Assembly (NCBI GenBank): GCA_964424195.1
Contig: CAYRHT010000004.1
Span: 76,769 to 140,768 of the forward strand
Direction of reading: 5' to 3'
DNA: 64,000 nt
Source of the DNA: an uncultured Gammaproteobacteria bacterium
GTDB lineage: Bacteria; Patescibacteriota; Patescibacteriia; UBA1558; S5-K13
The position numbers and the translations under genes were made by a program. Shown here one piece after another: positions 47,621-55,451 of this stretch; within the stretch, counting starts at the first letter, position 1, and each line of letters begins with the position of its first letter. The notes below the pieces were generated by a model. That model saw only the letters and a program-made list of their open reading frames with translations, had not been told where the DNA came from and did not search any database.

Positions 47621-48001
47621 ATGAATCTCTTTAGTGTTAAAAGATTTTTAAGAAGTTTGAAGTGTGCTAGTAGAGGATTAGTTTCAGTCTACAAAACAGA
47701 ACAGAATTTTCGTTTTCAAATATTAATTTCTATAGTTGTTTTGATTGCTATGTTGGGTTTTGGAGTTACTAGAAAAGAAGCAGTTTTATTAATTCTAATG
47801 ATAGCTTTTGTTTTAGTGATGGAGATTATTAATTCTGTTTTTGAAAAGATTTCAGACATGATGAAACCACGAATTCATGTTTATGCTAAGCTGATTAAAG
47901 ATATTATGTCTGGTGCAGTTTTAATTACAGCTTTAGTATCATTAGCAATTGGATTAATAATTTTCATACCTTATTTTATAAATTTATTCAATAATTTTTA
48001 A
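47621..48001 (+). CDS. dgkA: Diacylglycerol/undecaprenol kinase DgkA family
   Basis: 3-TM, ASRGL...EQNFR...E.INS.FE motifs; follows ybeY. Confidence 0.8.
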   Translation: MNLFSVKRFLRSLKCASRGLVSVYKTEQNFRFQILISIVVLIAMLGFGVTRKEAVLLILMIAFVLVMEIINSVFEKISDMMKPRIHVYAKLIKDIMSGAVLITALVSLAIGLIIFIPYFINLFNNF

Positions 48002-48072
48002 TTTAACAATTCATTGTTTTTAGGCTATAATTAAGGCAATGAAATTAATATTTTCTTAATTTTTATAATATT

Positions 48073-49311
48073 ATGAATCGTCAACAAATAATAACAGGAC
48101 TAGATATCGGCTCTAACAAGATTAGAATAGCTGTCGGGCAATATGATGGAGATAGTGGTGAATTACACATTATTGGAGCAACTGAACATCCTTCTAACGG
48201 TATTATTAATGGTAATATAGTTAGCGTAGAAGATGTAGTTAGTTCTATTTCTGCTGTTTTAGAAAAAGTAGAAAGAATTGTAGGAATGCCGGTAGAAAAA
48301 GCAGTAATTGGAATATCAGGACCTCATGTTAAATCTATTACTAGTCAAGGAGTCATAGCAGTTGCTAAAGCAGATGGAGAGATTAAAGATGAGGATTTAG
48401 ATCGAGTTCTAGAAGCAGCTCAAGCTGTAGCTACTCCTCCAAATTATGAAATTCTTCATGTTGTTCCTCGAGACTACAAAGTAGATAATCAAGAAGATGT
48501 TAAAGATCCTATTGGAATGAATGGAGTTCGTTTAGAAGTTAATGCTCAGATTATTATGGCTTTATCTTCTCAAATTAAAACTATTACTAAATGTGTTTAT
48601 CGAACTGGAGTTGATGTTCAAGATTTAGTCTTTTCAATCTTAGCTGATTCTGAATCTGTTTTAAACAAAGAGCAAAAAGAATTGGGAGTAGTATTGGTTA
48701 ATATTGGAGCTTCTACTACTGGTATTGCTGTTTTTGAAGAGGGAGAATTATTACATACTACTGTTTTACCAATAGGTAGTTCTCATATTACTAATGATTT
48801 AGCTATTGGATTAAGAACTTCAATTAAAGTAGCTGAACAAGTTAAATTAGAATATGCTTCTTGTGTGACTGATGATATTAGGAAGAGAGATGATGTTGAT
48901 TTAAATAGTATTGATCAAGAAGAAGGTAAGAGAACTATGGTTTCTAAATATGAAATTGCTAAAATAACTCAAGCTCGAGTAGAAGAAATCTTTGATATGG
49001 TTGGGAAAGAATTAAAAGAGATTGATAGGTTTGGAATGCTTCCTTCAGGGATTGTTTTAACTGGTGGAGGAGCTAAGTTAAACGGGATAGTTGAATTAGC
49101 TAAAAAACAATTACAATTACCAGCATTTTTAGCTAAACCTAAGAAGATTAGTACAGTGGTTGATAAGATATATGATTTAAGTTATAGCAATGCTTTAGGT
49201 TTAATTTTGTGGGAGAATAAGAATAAAGGTGATGCGGGATGGACTTCTTCCATGAATTTAGGTGGTTTAATGTCAAAGGTTCCGAAATGGCTTAAATCTT
49301 TAATGCCTTAA
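48073..49311 (+). CDS. ftsA: Cell division protein FtsA
   Basis: Actin-fold ATPase with FtsA similarity; upstream of ftsZ. Confidence 0.9.
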   Translation: MNRQQIITGLDIGSNKIRIAVGQYDGDSGELHIIGATEHPSNGIINGNIVSVEDVVSSISAVLEKVERIVGMPVEKAVIGISGPHVKSITSQGVIAVAKADGEIKDEDLDRVLEAAQAVATPPNYEILHVVPRDYKVDNQEDVKDPIGMNGVRLEVNAQIIMALSSQIKTITKCVYRTGVDVQDLVFSILADSESVLNKEQKELGVVLVNIGASTTGIAVFEEGELLHTTVLPIGSSHITNDLAIGLRTSIKVAEQVKLEYASCVTDDIRKRDDVDLNSIDQEEGKRTMVSKYEIAKITQARVEEIFDMVGKELKEIDRFGMLPSGIVLTGGGAKLNGIVELAKKQLQLPAFLAKPKKISTVVDKIYDLSYSNALGLILWENKNKGDAGWTSSMNLGGLMSKVPKWLKSLMP

Positions 49312-49335
49312 ATTATTAATATTAAAATTTCAAAT

Positions 49336-50508
49336 ATGAAAAAATCTAAAGAAATAAAACCAGAGATTGAAACATTTGCTAAGATAAAAGTAGTAGGTGT
49401 TGGTGGTTCAGGTGGTTCAGCTATAAATAGAATGATAGATGATAAAATTAGAGGTGTAGAATTCATAGCAGTTAATACAGATGCTCAAGCCCTGTCTTCT
49501 TCTAAAGCTAAGACTAAAGTTCAAATTGGTATTGATACTACCAAAGGTTTAGGTGCTGGAATGGATCCAGATACAGGAGCTAGATCAGCAGAAGAAAATA
49601 TTGATGATATTGAAAAATCACTTTCTGATTCAGATATGGTTTTTATAACTTGTGGATTAGGTGGTGGAACTGGTACAGGAGCTGCTCCGGTAGTTGCTGA
49701 TATTGCTAAGAATCAAGATGCTCTAACCGTAGCAGTAGTTACTAAGCCCTTTAATTTTGAAGGAGCTCAAAGAAAGAGTATTGCAGAGAGAGGTTTAGAT
49801 GAATTAGAGAGTAGAGTAGATACAATCATTACTATTCCTAATGATCGAATATTGAGTATTATAGATCGTAAGACTTCTTTGTTAGAATCTTTTAAAACAG
49901 TTGATGATATATTACATCAAGGTATTCAAGGTATTTCTGAAATAATTACCGTTCCTGGTTTAGTTAATGTAGATTTTGCTGATGTAAAAGCTATTATGGC
50001 TGATGCTGGTTCGGCTTTAATGGGAATTGGTAAAGCAGCTGGTGAAGATCGAGCTAAAAGAGCTGCTAAAGAAGCAGTAGATAGTCCATTACTAGATGTA
50101 TCAATTGCTGGTGCTAAGGGTATATTATTCACAGTTACTGGTGGTGCAGACTTAACTATGTTTGAAGTTAATGAAATAGCAGAAATTATTACTGCTTCAG
50201 CTGATGGTAATGCTAAAATTATCTTTGGAACTGTGATAGATGAATCTATGAAAGGTGATATTAAAGTTATGGTAATTGCTACTGGTTTTGAAAGTTTTGA
50301 TATTTCTCAAAAAGAAATTAAAGGATCACATTCTTCATATACTCCTAATCAATATATTTCTAAGACTAATAAAGTAGAGGATGACGAAGATGATGATAAC
50401 GCTATAGAAATTAGTGATGACGAAGATGATGACGAGTCAGTAGAAGAGGTAGCTGAAGTTGAAAATGAATTAGATATTCCGGCTTTTATTCGAAAGAAAA
50501 TGAAGTAA
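49336..50508 (+). CDS. ftsZ: Cell division protein FtsZ with acidic C-terminal tail
   Basis: GVGGSGGSAINRM tubulin signature, T7 loop. Confidence 0.95.
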   Translation: MKKSKEIKPEIETFAKIKVVGVGGSGGSAINRMIDDKIRGVEFIAVNTDAQALSSSKAKTKVQIGIDTTKGLGAGMDPDTGARSAEENIDDIEKSLSDSDMVFITCGLGGGTGTGAAPVVADIAKNQDALTVAVVTKPFNFEGAQRKSIAERGLDELESRVDTIITIPNDRILSIIDRKTSLLESFKTVDDILHQGIQGISEIITVPGLVNVDFADVKAIMADAGSALMGIGKAAGEDRAKRAAKEAVDSPLLDVSIAGAKGILFTVTGGADLTMFEVNEIAEIITASADGNAKIIFGTVIDESMKGDIKVMVIATGFESFDISQKEIKGSHSSYTPNQYISKTNKVEDDEDDDNAIEISDDEDDDESVEEVAEVENELDIPAFIRKKMK

Positions 50509-50527
50509 TATAATATAACTTAAAATT

Positions 50528-50986
50528 ATGAAATGTCCTGTTTGTGGTAATGATAATACTAGAGTCTTAGATTCAAGAGTCGCTTCTGATGGAGTTACTG
50601 TTAGAAGAAGAAGAGAATGTTCTAAGAAAAAATGTAGTTTTCGTTTTTCAACAATTGAGGAGATTGAGATTTTAGATTTTACCATAGTAAAAAGGAATGA
50701 CAAGAAAGAAACATATAATAAAGAGAAATTGAAGTCAGGAATTAAAAAAGCTTTAGAAAAAAGACCACATACTGATGAAGAAGTAGCTCAGTTAATTAGA
50801 GATATTGAGATGGACTTACAGAAGACTAAGAAGAGTGAAGTGGGGTCAGAAGTTTTAGGAGACATTGTAATGGATAATTTAAGAAAGTTTGATAAAGTAG
50901 CATATATTCGTTATGCTTCTGTCTATCGTTCATTTGAAGATGTTAAAACATTTGAAAAAGAACTTAGAGATTTAAAAAAGAAATAA
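50528..50986 (+). CDS. nrdR: Transcriptional repressor NrdR
   Basis: MKCP.CG...RV.DSR zinc ribbon + ATP-cone. Confidence 0.9.
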   Translation: MKCPVCGNDNTRVLDSRVASDGVTVRRRRECSKKKCSFRFSTIEEIEILDFTIVKRNDKKETYNKEKLKSGIKKALEKRPHTDEEVAQLIRDIEMDLQKTKKSEVGSEVLGDIVMDNLRKFDKVAYIRYASVYRSFEDVKTFEKELRDLKKK

Positions 50987-51283
50987 ATGCCAGAATTAAA
51001 ATCAAAACCAGCAGATCATTCATCTGTAGAAAGACTTCTGAAAGAGAATATAGAGTTGAATGAAAAGATCTATGAAAGTTGTCAAAAAACAGAGAAGTAT
51101 ATTCACTTTGTAAAAGCTTTTAGTATATTTAAATTTATTGTAATTTTGATTCCAGTTATTGTTGGTATTTTATATTTACTTCCAGTAGTAGGGGACTTTT
51201 TGGAGATATATAAAGGATTCTTCACTAGTGCAGGAGAAATGACTGGTGTTTTAGATGCTGTGAAAGATATTCAAGGTTTGTAA
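50987..51283 (+). CDS. Small membrane protein, unknown
   Basis: 98 aa, one TM; start abuts nrdR stop. Confidence 0.4.
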   Translation: MPELKSKPADHSSVERLLKENIELNEKIYESCQKTEKYIHFVKAFSIFKFIVILIPVIVGILYLLPVVGDFLEIYKGFFTSAGEMTGVLDAVKDIQGL

Positions 51284-51305
51284 TTAGATACTCCTAATGT
51301 TAATA

Positions 51306-51333
51306 GGACTCATTAAGAAAGTGAGTTTTTTAT
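51306..51333 (+). terminator. Rho-independent terminator
   Basis: actcat...gtgagt hairpin plus T6. Confidence 0.6.
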
Positions 51334-51354
51334 TTTACTAAAACCCTAATTTAT
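51328..51354 (+). repeat. 27-bp direct repeat copy 1 (TTTTATTTTACTAAAACCCTAATTTAT)
   Basis: Identical 27-mer at 54994-55020; both directly follow terminator hairpins. Confidence 0.85.
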
Positions 51355-51508
51355 TTAATTTAAATTCTAAATTTATCAATTATTTTTATATAAATAATAT
51401 CTTTTATATATATATGAATTAATAGATTATTAAATAGTTTTTTGATATACTTATACTAAGTAAATATATATTATTTATATAACATAAATTACATTAATTA
51501 TAAAAAAT

Positions 51509-54500
51509 ATGAAAGAAGAAAATAGAACAGGGATTACTACTCAAGTAGCTCAAAGAGTGTCAACAAAAACCAAAGTTCTGGTAGGTGTAGTAATGGGTTT
51601 AGCTATTGTTGGAATGTTTGCTTTTGTAGGAATGGCTTTTGAAAATGTTAAAAATTCAGATTATTATAAAAAATTAAATATTCAAGTTCAGTTAAAGAAA
51701 AAAGGATATTTTGTAAATCAAGATATGGATTCTTATGCTAGTTTTGATAATTTAGGTCAGGATATGATGGATAGAAGTTTCAATGATAGAGAGGAAAAGG
51801 AATTAGGTATTAAAGATATTCAAGGGGTTTTAGAGAAAAAAGGAACATTGTGGCAAGGGGTAGATAATAAAATTTTTAAATTGAATAAAGAAAAAAAAGA
51901 AAATCTTTTAGGTTTAGAAATAACAGAAGAAGAATTAAGAGAAGCTAAAGAAAGAGAAAGAAATCAAATAGTATCAAGAGATGGTGAATTACCTAATTTT
52001 TTTGATTGGAGAGATTTGCATGGTGGTTTAGATTATACGACTCCTGTTAGAGATCAGGGAAATTGTGGTTCTTGTTGGTCTTTTGCAGCTTTAGGAGCTT
52101 TTGAGGCTAATATAGAAGCTTATTATAATAATCCTAATTTAAATATTGATTTATCTGAACAGGATTTAGTTTCTTGTTATTTAGGAGATGGATGTAATGG
52201 TGCCTATACAGGCGAGATTGAATCATTATTTAATGATTATTTTCAAAATACAGGAGTTGCTAATGAGACTTGTTTTCCATATACAGAAACTGATATCGAT
52301 TGTGAAAATAAATGTTCTGATTGGCAAAATGAAGCTTGGAAAACCGTATCTTTTGTAAGTTCAGAAATGACAATTGATGACATTAAAACAGCTTTAATAG
52401 AGAACGGACCTTTAGAAGTTGGTATGGAAGTTTATGCTGATTTTCCTGCTTATGATAATGGAATATATCATCATGTTACTGGCGATCTTTTAGGTTATCA
52501 TGCAGTTTTAATAGTGGGTTATGGGGTTTATGATGGAATGGATTACTGGATTGTTAAAAATTCTTGGGGTGAAGATTGGGGTGATAATGGTTATTTTAAA
52601 ATTTTAGCGGGAGATTCATTAATAGATTCTTTATTTGCTTATGGTATAGAGCAACCAGAAAAATTAATTGAAGATAGTCCAGAAAGATTATGTGTAGATC
52701 AGGATGAAGATGGTTATTGTTATTGGGGTTTAGGTGATGTGCCAAGTACTTGCTCTTCTACTTGTATTCTAGATATTTCGGATTGTAATGATGCTAATGA
52801 AGGAATATTTGAAGATTGCGGGGAAAATACAGAGACTACTGGATTTTTAAATATTACTTCTGAACCGTCTGATGCTGAAGTTTATATTAAAGATTTAGAT
52901 TCTAACAATTGGATCTATCGAGGGAATACACCATTAGAGATTGAGTTAAATGTTGGAGAAAGAGAAGTTTTAGTTTCTAAAGAGGATTATATTGATGATG
53001 AAGAAATTGTGTTAATAAATGAAGATAGTACAGGAAATTATTTTGTTGAATTAAATTTAGCACCTAAATTGATAAGTCCAGAGAATAGAGATATACTGAG
53101 AGCAGGAGGAATTATTGAAATAATTGGTACTGTACCAGGACCAGATTTAGAGAGTTTTTCAATAGAATATGGTTTAGGTGAAAATCCAACAGAATGGTTT
53201 ACTGAAGGAATAGATTTAATAAATAATGGTCAAGTTCCAATTGTAGAAGATGTTTTAGCTACTTGGAATACTAGTTTTATTACTGAAGATAATTTTTATA
53301 CATTAAGATTGATAATAAATTTTACTAATGAAGGAGAAACTTTTTATATTGAAAATCTTTATTTAGATTCTACTTTAAAAGAAGGATGGCCTATTAAATT
53401 GGATAATAGAGAAAGTGATGTATATTGGGGTCTTTTTCAACCTTCTGTGGCTGATTTAAATAATGATGGAAATAAAGAAATTATAGTATATGAAGCAGGT
53501 AATGATAATAAATTATATGTATATGATTATGCAGGGAATATATTACCAAATTTTCCAGTAAATTTACCAAGTGATGGATTGGAAAGCATTGTTGTTCTGC
53601 CGGCAATAGGGGATATAAATAATGATGGTTTTAAGGAGATAATAATACTAGGAGGAAATATTTACACTGTTGATTGTGGAAGGGCTCCTCTAATTTTAAT
53701 TTATGATTATTATGGAAATCAATTAGATTCATTTCCTCTAGCATATCCTGATTTGCCTTATGGTTGTGATACTTTTTCCATAGATCAACCAGCAATATCT
53801 TTAGCAGATTTAAATCAAGATGGAAATTTAGAAATAATAGTATTAGGAGGCACAGCAATTACTATATTAGATAATTTTGGGAATACTTTTAATGGTTGGC
53901 CTAAATATCTTTCTGGTTGGGTAGGAGGAACTCATGAGAGTAGTCCAGCAGTTGGAAATCTAGATGATGACGATGATTTAGAAATTATAGTTTCTAAAGA
54001 TTGGGCTCCGACACAAGGTAATCCAGTTGATAATAAGGGAATGATTTATGTTTGGAATTTTAATGGAACTAATGTTCCAGGATGGCCTATTGAGACTCAT
54101 GGATATTCTCATTCTTCAGCTACCATAGGAGATATAGATAATGATGGAGAAAATGAAGTAGTTGTGGGATTTAATTATGATGAAAATCCTCCTAACGATT
54201 ATGGTATATATATTTACGATAACAATGGAAATGTTTTAGATGGTTGGCCTCAACTTTACAATAAAGAGGTATGGAGTAATCCCGTTTTAGGTGATTTTGA
54301 TAATAATAATGAATTAGAGATAATTGTTAGTAGTTTTTATCATCCATATGAAACATATATATTTGATAACAATGGAAATGTTTTAGATGGTTGGCCTCAG
54401 CAAATGTGTTATGCAGATTGGTATTCACCTATAGTTTCTGATATTACTGGGGATGGTATTTTAGATGTTATAACTAATAATAATTTTGATAGTGATTGTT

Positions 54501-54952
54501 CTATTTATGCTTGGAATTATGACGGTAGTTTAATTAATAATTTTCCTAAAATAACACAATCTTCAGTATATTCTCCAGTTGTTATTTCTGATATTGATAA
54601 TAATAATTTTTTAGAATTAATTGCTACATCTAATTCATTCAATTATGAAGATGGGATAGTTGAAAGAGTTATTTATGTTTGGGATTTAGATGCTTCTTCT
54701 AATTCTAATGAATTATCTTGGTCGCAATTTAGGCATGACAATCAAAATACTGGTAATTATAATTTTAGAAGATGTTCTAATGAAGTAGCTTATAGCGAAT
54801 GTTCTAGTGAGCAACCATTATTTTGTAGTAATGGAGAATTGATAGATGATTGTCAGGAATGTGGATGTCCAATGGATGAATCTTGTCAGGAAGACGGAAG
54901 TTGCGATTTGACTAAATCTAAAGAGACAGAAGCAACACCTAATACTCGTTAA
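51509..54952 (+). CDS. Membrane-anchored papain-like (C1) cysteine protease fused to PEGA domain and FG-GAP-type beta-propeller, Cys-rich C-terminus
   Basis: QGNCGSCWSFA (Cys), GYHAVLIVGYG (His), WIVKNSWGEDWGDNGY (Asn); PEGA-like block; at least 8 D.NNDG..E repeats. Confidence 0.8.
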   Translation: MKEENRTGITTQVAQRVSTKTKVLVGVVMGLAIVGMFAFVGMAFENVKNSDYYKKLNIQVQLKKKGYFVNQDMDSYASFDNLGQDMMDRSFNDREEKELGIKDIQGVLEKKGTLWQGVDNKIFKLNKEKKENLLGLEITEEELREAKERERNQIVSRDGELPNFFDWRDLHGGLDYTTPVRDQGNCGSCWSFAALGAFEANIEAYYNNPNLNIDLSEQDLVSCYLGDGCNGAYTGEIESLFNDYFQNTGVANETCFPYTETDIDCENKCSDWQNEAWKTVSFVSSEMTIDDIKTALIENGPLEVGMEVYADFPAYDNGIYHHVTGDLLGYHAVLIVGYGVYDGMDYWIVKNSWGEDWGDNGYFKILAGDSLIDSLFAYGIEQPEKLIEDSPERLCVDQDEDGYCYWGLGDVPSTCSSTCILDISDCNDANEGIFEDCGENTETTGFLNITSEPSDAEVYIKDLDSNNWIYRGNTPLEIELNVGEREVLVSKEDYIDDEEIVLINEDSTGNYFVELNLAPKLISPENRDILRAGGIIEIIGTVPGPDLESFSIEYGLGENPTEWFTEGIDLINNGQVPIVEDVLATWNTSFITEDNFYTLRLIINFTNEGETFYIENLYLDSTLKEGWPIKLDNRESDVYWGLFQPSVADLNNDGNKEIIVYEAGNDNKLYVYDYAGNILPNFPVNLPSDGLESIVVLPAIGDINNDGFKEIIILGGNIYTVDCGRAPLILIYDYYGNQLDSFPLAYPDLPYGCDTFSIDQPAISLADLNQDGNLEIIVLGGTAITILDNFGNTFNGWPKYLSGWVGGTHESSPAVGNLDDDDDLEIIVSKDWAPTQGNPVDNKGMIYVWNFNGTNVPGWPIETHGYSHSSATIGDIDNDGENEVVVGFNYDENPPNDYGIYIYDNNGNVLDGWPQLYNKEVWSNPVLGDFDNNNELEIIVSSFYHPYETYIFDNNGNVLDGWPQQMCYADWYSPIVSDITGDGILDVITNNNFDSDCSIYAWNYDGSLINNFPKITQSSVYSPVVISDIDNNNFLELIATSNSFNYEDGIVERVIYVWDLDASSNSNELSWSQFRHDNQNTGNYNFRRCSNEVAYSECSSEQPLFCSNGELIDDCQECGCPMDESCQEDGSCDLTKSKETEATPNTR

Positions 54953-54961
54953 TAATGCTAA

Positions 54962-54998
54962 ATCCCTCCAACTTTTAATCAAGTTGAAGGGATTTTTA
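54962..54998 (+). terminator. Rho-independent terminator
   Basis: 13-bp stem (one mismatch) atccctccaactt/aagttgaagggat plus T5. Confidence 0.65.
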
Positions 54999-55020
54999 TT
55001 TTACTAAAACCCTAATTTAT
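54994..55020 (+). repeat. 27-bp direct repeat copy 2
   Basis: Perfect match to 51328-51354. Confidence 0.85.
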
Positions 55021-55064
55021 GGGAAAATATAGATAGAAGGATTTTTTAATTCCTAATTTTAGAT

Positions 55065-55451
55065 ATGAAAATAAAGCAAACTAGTTTCAATATTTTTAAA
55101 TTAATCTTTGTAGATTTAATTTTAGAAATTATCTATTTTCCATTTTGGTGGTATTCTTCTGGTTTGTATCGAACTGGAGCTTTTTCTTTAAAACAAATAG
55201 CTCAACAATGGAATAATATGGGAATGGGTATTCATTTTAAGTTTCTATTTAAACCAATGTATGCTCAAAGGGATTTTAGTGGTCGAGTAATTAGTTTCTT
55301 TGCTCGTTTTATACAACTAATTTTTAAATTAGTTGTTTTTTTAATACTTATTTTAATATTCTTAGCACTCTTCTTGTTATGGATAATCTTACCGATTATT
55401 ATTATTTGGCAGATAAAGTTAAATTATGAATTTATAAGAAATGTTGGATAA
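55065..55451 (+). CDS. Small polytopic membrane protein, unknown; overlaps next gene by 11 nt
   Basis: 128 aa, several hydrophobic helices; likely translational coupling. Confidence 0.45.
   Translation: MKIKQTSFNIFKLIFVDLILEIIYFPFWWYSSGLYRTGAFSLKQIAQQWNNMGMGIHFKFLFKPMYAQRDFSGRVISFFARFIQLIFKLVVFLILILIFLALFLLWIILPIIIIWQIKLNYEFIRNVG

Noticed and set aside
50470-50703. 77-aa minus-strand ORF across the ftsZ/nrdR junction
   Set aside because: Antisense to two conserved genes.
51284-55064. Possible CRISPR array suggested by the identical 27-bp repeats
   Set aside because: Only two copies, 3.6 kb apart, flanking a protein gene; there is no regular repeat-spacer periodicity and no cas genes.
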